Shown in pieces: positions 1 to 19,700 of a DNA stretch of 64,000 nt (the stretch's first letter is position 1; every line of letters starts with the position of its first letter). The notes under the pieces are model-generated. The model ran no database searches, was not told where the DNA came from, and saw only the letters and a list, made by a program, of their open reading frames with translations. The DNA comes from Blastocystis sp. Blastoise (lineage: Eukaryota > Protista > Bigyra: Opalinata): assembly GCA_039096225.1 (NCBI GenBank), contig JBBPEB010000024.1, positions 682,001-746,000 of the forward strand, given 5' to 3'. The translations under genes and the position numbers were made by a program.

Positions 1-2081
1 ATAATTTACATATAATAAATTTTATTAAATATTAAATATATATATACAGCTTGAAAAAATATGAATTGAATGATTATAAGCTAAATCATCTAAATAGATT
101 GCAATTTCTTCTTCGTTCTTATACAATATATATGTTACATTTATTGTATTAATCTCTGATAAGATTTGTTTAGGAATTCGTTGATTTAGAATAAGTCTAC
201 CTGTAATATATATTTCTTTATTAATAAATAATATATATATATACTCTCTTTATAAGTAAGAATATGTAATTTTGGGAAGCATTCCTTCTTAATTAATGAT
301 AATGTGAAAGTTTCTATATATATATATATGTATATCATAAGTTAATATATACTATCATCAACAATGAGTTCAGTAACATTAGGAAACACATGAGTTGTCA
401 TTATGTTTATAAACTCATCATTACTAATTAATTTATTGAATTCTGTAACTATATAAAGAGCATCATTAAACATAATAAATAAATAACAATATATACTCCA
501 TCTTATTGCTATTGAGGTGAGAGAATCAAAATAACCTTCTTCAAACGCTTTCATAAAAATAATAGCAAATTGCTTGTCGATATAAGAAATTTTATCTATA
601 TATTGAATATCAAATAATTATAAATATTTTCTTTTTTATAAATTTATTTATTTACCTGATTGAATATTTAACTTCGAAAAATGAAAACTAGATGGAAAAT
701 GTAATAATTGAGCTAAACCAATTTCTGTATTAATTTTGGAATTATATCTATACAAATATATTTAAAATAAAAGTGTTTAACATATATAATTATAATATAA
801 ATACGAGAATACCGAGAGTGTCATGTCATCTGTAAATATAATTTTAAGACAGATATATATATATATATATTTAATAATATAAATAATATATAAATGTTAA
901 GTATATATAAATATAAAAAAATACTACCATAATTAATAGCTACACTATCTTTAAGTGAATAATAGATATCTTGACTAATTTTAACTTGTGTATAATCATC
1001 TGAATATACAGCTGGTTCAAGAATAGCTTCATAAAGTTTAGGTAATTTATTTTCAGTTTTTCTATCAGAATAAGAATATTTAATATGCCAATCAACATTA
1101 GTATTCTTTATATCAAAAGAATTATTCTTATTATATTCATCCATCTCTGACTCAGTATAATAATCAAATTTCTCATCATCATCTATTCTGTTACCATTAT
1201 TTTCACAAAAATTAATATATTCATGTATATATTCATCAGTATTTGGATTCAATAATGTATCACCTTTCAAATAGTTTGTAACCACTATATATATATATAT
1301 AGTTATATATAATATATACCACAAATGTTTAGTTTTTTAACTGATGGAAATATATCTTGAATACACGACGGATAAATATATTCTGATGGAATATTTGGTG
1401 CATATTGATCTATATATATAATTATAATTATTTATTGTATTCTAATTATATATATATATATACATGTAATTTTAAGATTAGCAATATTTGACATTTTAAA
1501 AAGAAATGAATAACGTAATAATTCTTCTTTTCGTTGTGGAGTCATTAATCCTATATATATATATATGAATATATATATATATATATAATTACCATTTAGA
1601 TTTATTATTTGCTGGTCAGAATAAAATAGCATCTCATGTGAATTCAGCAAAGCAAATTTATCAAAAACAAAATATTTATTTTCTTTCAAATAATCATAGA
1701 ATAACTTTTTAATATGTAATAATAAAACATTTTGTTTTATGTGATCAAATACAACATGATATTCATCAAGTGTTTTATATATATCAACACCATCATTTAA
1801 ACTTAATGAAGAAATATCTATATTATCGTCCATCAAAAAATTAATCACTTTTTTCATGCTCAATGAAGGCATATCTACATAATAACTATCATCATCATAC
1901 TTATCAGAGTGTTCAATAATATCATGAAAGGGAAATTGAGGATATTTCTCAATAAATTCTCTTGAAATCCATAATTTCGTCTCATCTTGAAACGTAAACA
2001 AATCTAGAAAAGAAATAGCATATTTTGTAATCATATTTACATACACTTATCTTCAACTAGTTGAAATTTATTGCCTAACAT
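1..2081 (-). CDS. Multi-exon BTB/POZ-like N-terminus + degenerate LRR-like protein (paralog A1; 3' end runs off the window)
   Basis: ATG at 2081 (MLGNKFQLVEDK), short intron, then LFTFQDETKLWISREFIEKYPQFPF...YYVDMP...MKKVINFL (BTB-like); FPxLxxL-type repeats (HVFPNVTELI, ECFPKLHI). Exon-by-exon similarity to the genes at 2724-6863 and 36410-40178. Domain names are by pattern recognition only. Confidence 0.75.
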
Positions 2082-2723
2082 CGCTCGAAATCAACTATAA
2101 TGACAAAATGATCATATATTATTGTGTTTAAAAGATGCTTTTCATATCAACAATATATAAATACTTCTTAAACTGATATTATCTATTATAATTATAATTA
2201 ATCATTGAGAAAAGTAGGATTAAAACTTGAAATATCTTATGAAAAATATTCATGAAAATACACAAAAAATTATTAAAGAAATAAAAAATATTCACGAACT
2301 TCTTTCAATAATTGTTTTTCTTTATATATCTTTCTTGAAATGATTTTTGAGCATTTTAAGTTGTTTTCTAGATAAAAGAACACAGTATGGCTTTGTATTT
2401 TAAATGGAATGAATTATAACAAAAATTTCTGAATCATTAATTCCGTTTTCTTAATAATTCATGATTTTCACAGCAAAAATCTGAGTTTTATCATTCCAAT
2501 AACAATAATTAAATAATTTAGAACAACTTAGACTGTGATTCTATAAGATAAATGGAAAATGTTGAGATGAAGTTATATTTTATTCAATAATCTTAAAAAA
2601 TATGAACAAATACAAAAATATTTTAATAACGAAAAACTTTTACGAATTTTTGAGAATTGATGGTCATTTTTTCGCCAAAAACATTACCAGTCTCTAATCA
2701 GTACCATATTTGAATCGAAAGAT

Positions 2724-6863
<4,140 letters not shown>

Positions 6864-7144
6864 GATAGTAATTTAACTATAATAACATAATGAGATCAAG
6901 AATCATGATAAAAAGCGGTTATATATTAAATATATGGTAACCGATTACTTAAATCTTACTCAAATAAATTAAGATTAATATAGGCTACCAAGAAACCAGA
7001 AAAATAAATTTTTATTTTTTTTTTTGATAGATTATGAAAATTATGAAAAATAACTGACAGATTATTTTATTCCTTAGATTATTTCTTTGCAAGTTTTAGA
7101 TACATTTTTATTTATATTTTCTTCATTTTTAATTATATTTTATA

Positions 7145-9360
7145 ATGATAAAAGAAGGAATTTTATTTGATTTAGATTCTTTGAATCAAGTTAAAGAAGC
7201 TGTAAGTGGCTTAGATGAATTAATGAAGAAGATAGTTGAAGGATTCACTTCTATCCTTTCTTTGACACTTTACTCCGGTCAAAAACTTCAAAATGCTCTT
7301 AATAATCTAGATGAAGATTGTATTCAACGAGGAAGTGATAAATTCTCAAAGTTGAAACATTTTCTTGATAATGCTACAGGAAAAACTACTGCAATAATGA
7401 ATACGAGTGATACTAATGATACTGAGCTTATTCTTTTCACTGGAAATGGTCCTTTATTTTCATTATCAAAAAGAATTATCAATTCGATCCCTTATTCATA
7501 TATTTATGAGCAATCTGAAGAAGAATTGAGAACAAACGATGGAAATATTTTCCTTGATTATCGAGGAAACGATGCGTGCGTTTATTATTTAATAGATTAC
7601 TTGAATGGTAAAGTTGTAGATTATAGTCAGATTGAGTCTCGAGAACAATTAAAGTTGCTTGAATTATTTGAATTTTGTAATTTACCAATTCCTATAGAAT
7701 TATTAGATTGTAGAGAAAAAAGAGATAAAAAACAAAAAAAGTATGAAAAAGGTGATGAAGTCTCACTTTATATTAATGGAAAGAAAGATGATACGATTAA
7801 AAATTATTTAATGAAGAATAATTTATGGGAAGATTATATAATGAGATATAAGAATGGATATGTTGATTATGATTATATAAATGATATTAGGTCTATAAAT
7901 GTTAGCTATAAGTATATGAAGTATATTAATGAATATATGGAAAATGGTTATCTTGATATAAAAGAAGAAGAAATAAAGAATATAGATATTAGTTTATTAG
8001 AGAATGAAATGTATAACGTATTTGGTGATCAAGGAAGAGAAGCTACAAATAGAAATATGATGGGAAAACCAGATATATTTAAAAACTCAAAGATTATTAA
8101 TAAAAAATGCTATGAAACTCATTTAGTTAATTGGATAGGTCAAGAAAAGAAATGGAAATTAATATTTAGGTATGTTGATTATTATATCATTTATTATATA
8201 TATATATATATATAGAGCAAGTGACCATGATTTTAAAGCAAGTGAATTCCATAAATATTGTGATAATAAATGTCCTACTGTAACTATTATTAAACACATA
8301 GGTCATGATAATAAGATTAATATATTTGGAGGATATACTACTCAATATTGGGAATCTAGAAAAGAATATGATTTTAAGTATGATGATGAATCTTTCTTAT
8401 TCACTTTAAGTAATGAACATAATATTCCTCCTACTAAATATAGTTTATTAGAACATCATTTGGCAATAACTTGTAAAGAGACAAGTGGCCCTGATTTTAT
8501 GGATATACATATCTCTGATGATTGTCATAATAATAGTTATAGTTATATTACTAAAGTTTTTAATTATTATGCTCATAGTCTTACTCCTCAATCTCTATCT
8601 TTATATGTAAATACAGCTGGTCCAGAAAAAAAAAATTATTTTACTGTTGATGATTATGAAGTCTATGTATTAAAACAAAAATCTGATTTATATTTACCTA
8701 ATTCAATTCTTGTTACTAAAGAAATGGGTATTAAGTTAAGTAATTGGTTTGATGAAGATAAAGAATGGGAATTATTATATAGGTATGTTATATGTTGTTT
8801 TTATATTATATATTGTTTATAATTATATTATTATTATTATATATAGATGTTCTGATGAGAATAGAAGTGTAAAGAAATGGCATGAGAAATGTGATAATAA
8901 AGAATCATTAGTAATTATACAAGGAAAAGGAAAAGATGGTCAATCGTATATATTTGGAGGATATACTAGTGTTGGTTGGGGAAAGAATCATAATGATATG
9001 AAAAAAACACTTAAAATTGGTATGGGATATAGAGTAGATTCAAAAGCCTTTTTATTTTCATTAACAAATCCTCATGGACATAATTATACTAAATTAAATA
9101 TTAATCCTGAAAAGTTAAATAGCGCATTACTTAGTAATGATTCCGATTATGAATTAACTTTTTGTAATGGTATATATTTACGTACTGATATAGGTTTAGA
9201 TCGATTTATGGCAGGTAGTAATATATTTTTATGTGATAAAAACACAGTATATATATCTCCTTATCCTGAATTAGGTAATAGTTTTTTTGTTAATACTAAT
9301 CAATCTGATAAAGAAAATATCTTCGATTTAATTGATTTTGAAGTATTTACGAGTTATTAA
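7145..9360 (+). CDS. BTB-like + tandem TLDc-domain protein (paralog B1), two short introns
   Basis: KCTD-type BTB-like segment (GNIFLDYRG...YYLIDYLNG); two TLDc domains (WKLIF/RASDHDFKASEFHKYCDNK...IFGGYT...FLFTL...DYEVY; WELLY/RCS...IFGGYTSVGW...AFLFSL...DFEVF). Confidence 0.88.
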
Positions 9361-9953
9361 AAATAAAATAATTATCAAAAAGTTTTTTTCTTCTTTTTTA
9401 AATCTTATTTTATTATTTGTTCTCTTAAATCTTTTTTATTCATATTAACGTATATGTCATTAATAGAATTTATATGTATACATATACAGTTCATATATAT
9501 ATTTTCTTTATTATATACTATATATTATTTATATCTATTGTTTTATGCAATATTTTCAATATTATTCTTATTAAAATGTATATTTTTCTGAATTATTAAC
9601 TTCACAAAGTAATAACTTTTTTTGTTATGATAATTATTTATTATATAATTTATTATTCATTCATATTAAAAATACATGAATTATAAATTGGATACAACAA
9701 TAAGGACATTAATATATTAAAATTTTATATTATTATATAAATTAACAAAAATGTTTAGATATCTTTTTTATGATACCAATGATATGTAGATTCTATTATA
9801 TATTTCACAACTACTAAACATATAAGAAACAACAACAAATAAAATTGATGATAAAAAGGTAATAAGTAAAAATACAAATATAAAAATATATATTTTCATA
9901 GTATCTCAAATAGACTCATTCATATAATAGAAAACAAATATATATATAATATA

Positions 9954-11542
9954 TTAATCTCTTCCCCATACTTCATAATCTTCAACTGTAAAGTAATTTT
10001 CATTATCAGGACTATCTGTATTTACAAATAAGCAATTATTTTGAGGAGTAAGTCGTTCTGCATAACGTGCTGCCTTGCAATGAGAATTTAAGTTAGTATG
10101 ACATCTATCAGATATAAGAATATCGAAGAAAAGTCCGAAAACTGGTCCATAAGTAGGAAAACAAGTTATACCAGTTGTTCGTATTGTACTATCATATACA
10201 TATTTAGTAGGAGGAATGCCATGCTCATTACTTAAGGTAAATAAAAATTCTTTTGAATAAGGTTTGATACCTATATATAGTGAATGAAATTTTCATATAA
10301 TAATATATACATCCTGTTTTAGGGGATTCCCAACTTTGATCTGTATATCCTCCAAATATATTTAGATAATCATCATGACCTATATGTTTAATTAGAGTTA
10401 CTGTTTCTCCTTTATTATCACAACACTTATGAAATGATTTTGCAGAATAATTGTGTTCACTTGCTCTATATATCATTTAATAAATAAAATATAACATAGA
10501 ATGAATACATATACCTATATAATAATTTCCATTTCTTTTCTTTACCTAACCAATTCACTAAAGGTATTTCAAAATGACTCACTTTATTAATAATGATAGA
10601 TTCCAAAAAATATCCACGTATTAAGTTTTTATCTGATTCTTCTCTTCCTTTTTCACCAAATAATTCAACCATTTCTTTCTCAAATAATTCCTTATTAATA
10701 TCAATAAGCTTATCTTCTTCTATATCTATAGTTTCATTCTCTATATATTCATTTATATATTCAGTATATTCATATTGTTTATTCATAAATAATCTTTCAT
10801 CCATAGGGTTACAATCAATATATTCATTATCATAATTCTTAATATATTCATTCCATAAACCATTCTTTACTAAATATTCTTTAATAGTATCATTCTTTTT
10901 GCCATTTATAATCAATTCTATTTCATCTCCTTCTTCATATTTCTTCTTCTTCATATTTCTCCTTTCTCTACAATTTATTAATTCTAAAGGAATCACTAAT
11001 CCACAAAATTCAAATAAATTTAATATTTGTAATTGTTCTTCATAAGAAAAAGAATCAAAATTTACTTTCTTTCCATTCAAATAATCAACTAAATAATAAA
11101 CAGAACCATCATTACCTCTATAATCAAGATATGCAGATCCATCATTTGTCCTAAGTTCTTCACTACGTTGTTCTTCTATAAAAGAACCTTTCAACGAATC
11201 TAAAACAGATTTCGATATTTGAAATATCGGACCATTATTCGTAAATCGTATTAAATCCATATCATTATCATCATTAGTATTCAAATTGACATTCATATCT
11301 TCATTATTCTTATCTTCATAAACACAATTCTTTTCAAATGCATTACTTTCCCCTTCCTTTTCAATACAATCATCTCCAATATGTTTAATAAGTCTATTAA
11401 TCGATATTCCAGAATGTATACCAAGATTCATTACAGCTGAGAAAACATTAACTACATCTTTCATCAATTCTTCATACACATTGATATCCTCCTTCAATCT
11501 ATTGAATTTATCAATATCAAATAACACCTTTTCTTTCACCAT
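9954..11542 (-). CDS. BTB-like + single TLDc-domain protein (paralog B2)
   Basis: MVKEKVLFD start; YLDYRG...YYLVDYLNG; WKLLY/RASEH...FHKCCDNKGET...IFGGYT...EDYEVWGRD stop; two introns. Confidence 0.88.
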
Positions 11543-11815
11543 TTTCAACAAATAATGCAATATAACGCATTAAAAATTTCAAAAAATTTCTCGTTGAAAA
11601 TTTTCTTTTGAGTGTTGTAGTTTTTTACAAAAGATTTAGATTTTCATTTAATAACTTACATTTTCATATTATTATATAACCTATGAACTTGTTGCAACAT
11701 TGTGAATATGAATCTATGGTATTAGATTTCCTTTCTGTTGCAAATGAAAAATGGTTTAATCTAGAAATAGTAATTTTGTTATTAAACTATATGTATCAAA
11801 TCATAAACATAGTTT

Positions 11816-14800
11816 ATGAATCAGGAAGCAAAGAAATATTATAATTTGAGAACATCAGGTTTACAATTTGAGAAAGAAATGAGTCCAACCAAGTTATGTG
11901 ATTATTATATAGATGAAGGAGATACTGTATACATCTGCAATACACGCGGATTACTTACAGAATCCATATTCTGCAAAAAGTGTTGGAATGAGTCGAAACA
12001 TATTGTATACTAATGTTTTATAATATTAAATATATATTTAGGGTCATAATTATAAAATATCTGTATCTCCTGATAACAGTAGTTTCTGTGATTGTGGTAG
12101 TTTTTCTATTAAATCTGATTGTTTTTGTCAAAATCATAAAGAAATATATGATAGAAATAATTCATCAATATCAATAGAACCGTTGTAAGTTTTTTATAGC
12201 TATATATATATTATATATATATAGAATGTTAGAATGGTATGAAACCTATTGTCATTTCTGTATATATACATTATTTTATTATACAAGAATTTCAACAGAA
12301 GAATATCGGTTCAATGTATATATATATAATATACATATATATATTATGTATAATAAAATAATTTCATTTCAATTCTCTATCTATATATATATATACAATA
12401 TAGAAAGCAACATCAATAATAAATTCATTAATATTATTATGTGAATCAGATTTATCTATATATACATATATATGTACCTTCTTCTCTTCCTCTATAAAGA
12501 AACATAATTCTTTATTTAATAAGAAAATAGTCGATATTGATCGTTCATTTTTAACTCTTATTAATATAAAAGATCAAGCACCTTATATATGTATATTATT
12601 TATTATGTGTTCTATGTGTGAAGATCAATTATATCAAGTATGTATACTTATTTATACTACTGTTTATATATATATAAGGTATATTATATATATATTTTTT
12701 TTTTTTTTTTTAAATATAAAAATTAATTATTTTTTTTAATCATTTATTTTTAAAAACTCCAAGCTTGTTGGGTTTTTTGAAGAATGACTTTTTTAATTAT
12801 TTTATTTTTATGTTTAATTATTTGTATTAAAAATAAATAATATAAAACAAAAATATTTCTAACAAAATATTATTATTATCTGAGATATTATTATTATTAT
12901 TATTATTATTATAGAAAGTATATGGTAATTTTTTATTATTGCTTTTTAAAGATCCATTATTTTGTAATGTTTGTTGTTCTCTTTATCCTATTATATTATG
13001 GTATTCTTCTATCTGCTATTTACATTTTGATGGTATATATATATATATATTATTATTATGTTTATGTTTATCATTATTATGAATATTATTATCATTATTA
13101 TGAATATAAATTACATATTTCTTCTTTTATTGTACAAAACAAAATAATAATATATATATAACAATTTTTAAATATATATATAGATACTAAACTTCTTTTT
13201 GATTCATTATGGTCTCATCAAGCTTTATTCTTTATTATGTTTATTTCTTATAATAAATATAAGAGTTATATAAATATATTTTCAAATGATTCTATTTATT
13301 CAATTATTCATATTCCTCTGCTTCATGATATATCGAAATATATTGATAATAATAATAATAATAAACAATTATGGGAATCTGAGTTATTCCTATATGTCGT
13401 CTTTAATTTGATTAATATTACTTTGCTAAATCAATGTATATATATTGTTTATATATATATATATATATATACAGTAACTATTTTGTCTACGTATTTAATA
13501 TTCATAATTATATTATATTTATACTTATATTTATATTTATATTAGATTTGAATAAAGAACACAAAAGATTACTTGTTGATTATTTATTAGGATTTATCAA
13601 TTATTATATAATAGATTACGAAGAAATATATTTTTTCATAAATACAAAAGAATTAATTCTTGATAAATATGCAACTAAAGCACTTGAATCTATTAATGTA
13701 TATATATTAATTATTATAAAGATTTATTAAAATATTATTAATTAACATCATTTATTATATATATAGTCTTTTATATCAAGTGACTGTATTTCTGAAGATA
13801 TATCATTATTATATTATAGTCAAAATAACATTCAAAATCAATCGTCTTTATATGAAGTGATTAAAGCAATCATTTTTAATATATATAAAGAAATACATTC
13901 TTTTATACAAGTATATATATAAAATTCTGATTTATTATTATAAGAATTACTAATATTATTAATAATAATAAAATTATTAGAAATCAACAAAAGAAGAATC
14001 AGTTACTTTCTTAATGAATATCTTATCTACTTATAATAATAGATTATTTTTTGATATAGAAAGATGCTATAATATAAATAAATATAAAGAACATTTTTCA
14101 ATTCATCTTTTTATTATCTTTGCTATTATTACTCTGTATATATATATTTTACTATAAATATTATATACATATATATATAGTTCCGAGATATATTCAAATT
14201 TTGGTATTTTCTCTTTACCATCAGATGCATCTATTTTCTTTCTTTTTATTTATCATATATCTTTAAGTCAATTTCTACGTGTGTTTCATATTCAGAATCA
14301 ATCAGATAATAATAATAATAATAATAATAATATAGATAATAATAATAATAATATAGATAATAATAATAATAATAATAATAATAGTTATGAACCAATTTCT
14401 CATATATTTATAGATATAATAGAAAGTCATTTTCTATCTATTTCTGAATACTATGGAATGATTCTCCAAGTATGTAATTATTATACTTATTATATTTATT
14501 ATATTATATTTATTATATTTATTTATTATATTTATTTATTATATTTATTATATTAAATTTATTATATTTATTATATTTATTATACCATATTTATTATATT
14601 ATATTTATTATATTTATTATATTTATTATATTTATTATATTTACTATATTAAATTTATTATATTTATTACTGCTATACTATTTAAAAACGTATATATATA
14701 GATATTTCCATTATATATAAATGAATATGATCCTATGTCTTTATTCTTATGGTATATATATAAGGGATATAATTATTTAGCCAATAACGAATCCTATAAA

Positions 14801-15776
14801 GATATATATATATTATATAATGATATTTCTGAAGATATTCATTTATATACTATTGATACTATGAATAAATATACAAATAATTTATGTTCATATATATCTA
14901 TATCTGATATTATACGCTTATTATTATGTATTCAATGTGATCGATGCTTTGAACTTGATGATTATGTATATATATATATATATATATATATTAGTTTTAT
15001 TAGTGAATAATATAAAATATATTAATATATTCATTTTAATTAAGAACAATATAAACTATAGAACACTAATCCAAATGATAAATATATATATACATATATA
15101 TATATAGATCATTCAAAAGAATAAGCTTTCAAAGCCATTTTTATATAGTCAATTACCTAATTATTCTATATTACTAACAAATCGTAATTCTACTAATTAT
15201 AACAGAGATATTCCTACTACTGATAATGTATATATATATATATATAATTCTTATTCTTATAATATATAGTATTATAGATATATATCTAATAATAAAATAA
15301 CAAAAGATAATGATAATTATACTCAATCATTGTATATATAGATATGATTTTTTATTAAATAATATAATTTATGTATATAGATATAATATTATTTCAGAAA
15401 TAAATTCGACTGAAAAACAATATTCTTATAATATATATATATTTCAATTAATGTTTATTCAACATGATCTTTATTATTATGTATATATATATATATATCA
15501 GAATATCGAATAATTAATTAATATATACATATATATAGTATTTTTATAATAATGATAATGACTCCATTTTTATTCCTTCTCAAAATATTATTTCAAAGTA
15601 TGTATATATTATATATTATATATTATATATTATATATAGACAATATGTGAATTCTCCTTTCTATTCCTCGTTTATTATTCAATATATTCAAGGGAAAACA
15701 ACTAATTTTAATGAAGAATCTATAAACACAATAGAATTACTACATTTTATTTATTTTTATATTCGACGTATATGTA

Positions 15777-15824
<48 letters not shown>

Positions 15825-16625
15825 TTCTACTATTGAACAAAATGTATTATGGGGAAATGATATTATTAATACTGTATATATATATCAATTATTTATTTAT
15901 TTATTATTTAGTTGTTAACAGAATTAAGTCATCATGGAAAAACTCTTAATATTCAGCACTATTCATCCATGATTCAGCAATTACTCAATTCACATCAACT
16001 TTACTCACAGTATATATATTCATAATAATATATATTCAATATATATATACATAGAATGATAGAAGATTATGAAAATCAGAAAATAAAAGTATAATGAATA
16101 TAATCCATTTACTATATATATATATATATAGAAAGAAAATATTTTACCAAATCTTCAATCATCAAATTTAGATACAAGTATATATATAGTATATAGCTAT
16201 ATGAGCATTTATATAATAATATTTTTCTATATATAGATGATATAATATGTTCTCTCTGTAATAAAAAAGGTGATATTTTTGTTATGCCTGTATATATATT
16301 CTTTCAAAATCAACAAGGTATATTATTATTTTTATTATTATGTTTATAGTTTATTTATACTATTTCTTGTTGATTCTAATATATACATAGATTCAAATGC
16401 ATATCAATTTTTAATCTCAAAATATTTAGATAATATACGTATATATGAATATATTCTTTATACAATTATAACTACATATATGTATTCTTCTTTTCATAGT
16501 GAATCATAATACTTCCGATTTTGAATCTTCCTATTCTATATATAAATCATTAATTGACTGCTATTCTTGTTTAATTACTGGAAGCGTATTTTATGATTTC
16601 TCTATACATGTATATATAATGGAGA

Positions 16626-16713
<88 letters not shown>

Positions 16714-19700
16714 CAAATTATTATTTATAGAGTTGTAATCATCTATTTCATTTTAAGTGCATATATAATCTATATATAGAATACTTAAAGTCTCTTGTAT
16801 ATAATATATATAACTATATATATAACTATATATATAATAGAATTATGCAATGAAATGTCCTCTTTGTGGATCACTATATAATTTCATTATTCCAATATAT
16901 GACACAAAAAGTATAGTTATATATATATACATATTTGATTTTAAATTAATGTGTGTATATTATTATTATATGCATATATATAACTTTTTTGATAAAATAT
17001 GATATAAAAAATATCTATAATAGATAAATTAATAATTTAAAATAACATATATATATAATATTATATATATAGTGTTTTATCATTCTGTTTCAAAAGAAGA
17101 AGAAACAAAAATATATAACAAATATAAATCAATTTATGAAGTAGATATATATATATATATATTTCTCAATTATTGATATTAACTTATATATATAGAATAC
17201 TACAAACAGTCATCGATCTTTTTATAGTTTAACTAATTCAGTATATTATAGATATACATATATAAATAATAATATTATTATAATTATTTAGAATAACCCA
17301 AAAGATATTGATTTCAAATATTATTTATCACTCTCATATTTTCTTACAAATTTCTCAAGAACTGAATCTTATAAATATGCTGTAAATATATATATATATA
17401 TATATTAATATTCATATTCATATCTTTTTTTTATTTATTATTTCATTATATACATTATATATTATAGAATTCTATGATATATGATTTATTTTCAGAATCA
17501 ATACCTTCAATGGAATATACTTCTCGATGTATATAATCATAATTATTATCATTATTATCATTATTATCATTATTATTATTATTATATTAATTATAATGAT
17601 GATAATCATAATCATTTTTAGTCATACTATCAACTAATTTTCAATAAAAATATTATTATTATTATTCAGATAATCATAATTATATCATGATTATCATATA
17701 ATTATAAAGAATCATTATCATTGTCATTATCATAATATATAGTTTCATTAATAACGAAAGATCAACAATATCAATTATTATATACTCGCAATTTTATGTT
17801 TATATTTTTAAGAGTTTTCCTTCATGTATATATATATATATATATATATATTTTCATTAATTTTGAAATATTTATATAAATAAAGATATATATAGAGTTG
17901 TTTTCTTCCATCTCATTGTATTCATTATACACCTATAATGCATTTCTATATATATAATTCGAAAACAATGGGAACACCTATAGGATTATTAGATAGAGGT
18001 TGTGTTAGTCGTGATTTATCGATTTCTCATTTCCCTACACATATGACAGATCTAAGTATAGAATATACATATGATGTACATTTAAGATTAATTGGGAATC
18101 TATTAGAATTCTATTATTTATGGAATGATAAAACATTATATAATAGAATGAAAGAGAAAGAGAATATTCAGAGAGATCGAGAAGAATTATATGTTGATGA
18201 AAATGAAGTTGCATTTAATTATATTAATATACCTATAGATGATTATTATGAAGAAGAATATCAACAATATATACAAGATATAAAGAATAATAATAATGAG
18301 TATTCTGAATATATGAATGGATTCACAACAGTTTATAAAATTCCATTATTTTATAAAGATTATAAGCCATCAATAATTAATAACAAAGAATATGGATATA
18401 TATTTGAAAGATATAGATTCAGATATTTATATATACTTCATTGTAGACAGAGAATATTAGTTAAAGTAATTGAAGATAGAGTACGTATTCCTTATGATAA
18501 TTATGATTCTATATATTCACCTATATTAGAAATATCTCCATTAGAAATCGATATATATAAATCAAAACATAGTATTATTAATGTAGATATTCAGACTGAA
18601 CTGAAATATGCTGAAAGTGTATTTAGAGAGACTCTTAGTTATCAGAATTGGAACATAAATATTATTATGAAAATGATGGAAAACTTATATATATATTATG
18701 AAGATATAATATGTAATCATAAACAAAATAATGTTCGATATATATATTTCTTAATAGCAAATATTTTTTTTAACCTCCCTGGTCGTTCTGATAATTCTTG
18801 TTTTCCTTATACTATTCCCCGCGAATATACACGATTATCTACATTATATTCAAAACCATTAGAATATCATGAAATTATTAAGTATTGCTATATTATGGAG
18901 GATTTATTATTATTTAAACCATTATTAACTCAAATGACTCAGAATTATATGTCTATTTTCTCTAAAGAATCTATTATTTCATTACTTATCAATCATCAAA
19001 TGTATTCATTTAAGAATAACAGAACTAATGTTACTAAAGAAAATATATCGAATTTCAATAATATATCTATATCAGAAAATAATAATATGAATATGATGAA
19101 TATTATTAATAGTTCTTCTGTTTCTGTAGAAAACTCAACTATTCATTCTTCTATCAATTCAATTCTTTCTTCTTCATTTATTGATGTTACTAGTGATGAT
19201 TATTATTATTTTATTTATTTTTATTTAATTATATTAATAAATATAGAATTATCTAAATTTACAATTCTGAATGAGCCAGAATATCATTATAATCCTGATT
19301 ATCCTGTTATTTTGAGTCATAATAATCAAGTTGATAATATTCAATTAAATATAAATAAAGAAGAAAATAAATTAAATTCTAATACGCAATCTGATGAGAT
19401 TCAATTGAATAACGACAAAGAAAATATTTTAAAAAATAATACTAATAATCAATCTTCTTTGTCATCTATATCAAATCTCTCTGTAAATGATTTTTTTATT
19501 AATTTAAAAACATTATTTTTACAACGTGTTCCTAGAATATTTCCAGATATATATAAAGAATTATATAAATCTCGTCGATATCCTTTTGTCGAACAGAATG
19601 GCTGTTGTTTATTTGAAAATTATACACAAGACTATAGTAAGAATCAAACAACTATAGATTTAGATCATTATAAACTGCCATTAAATTATTCTGCTATTCA

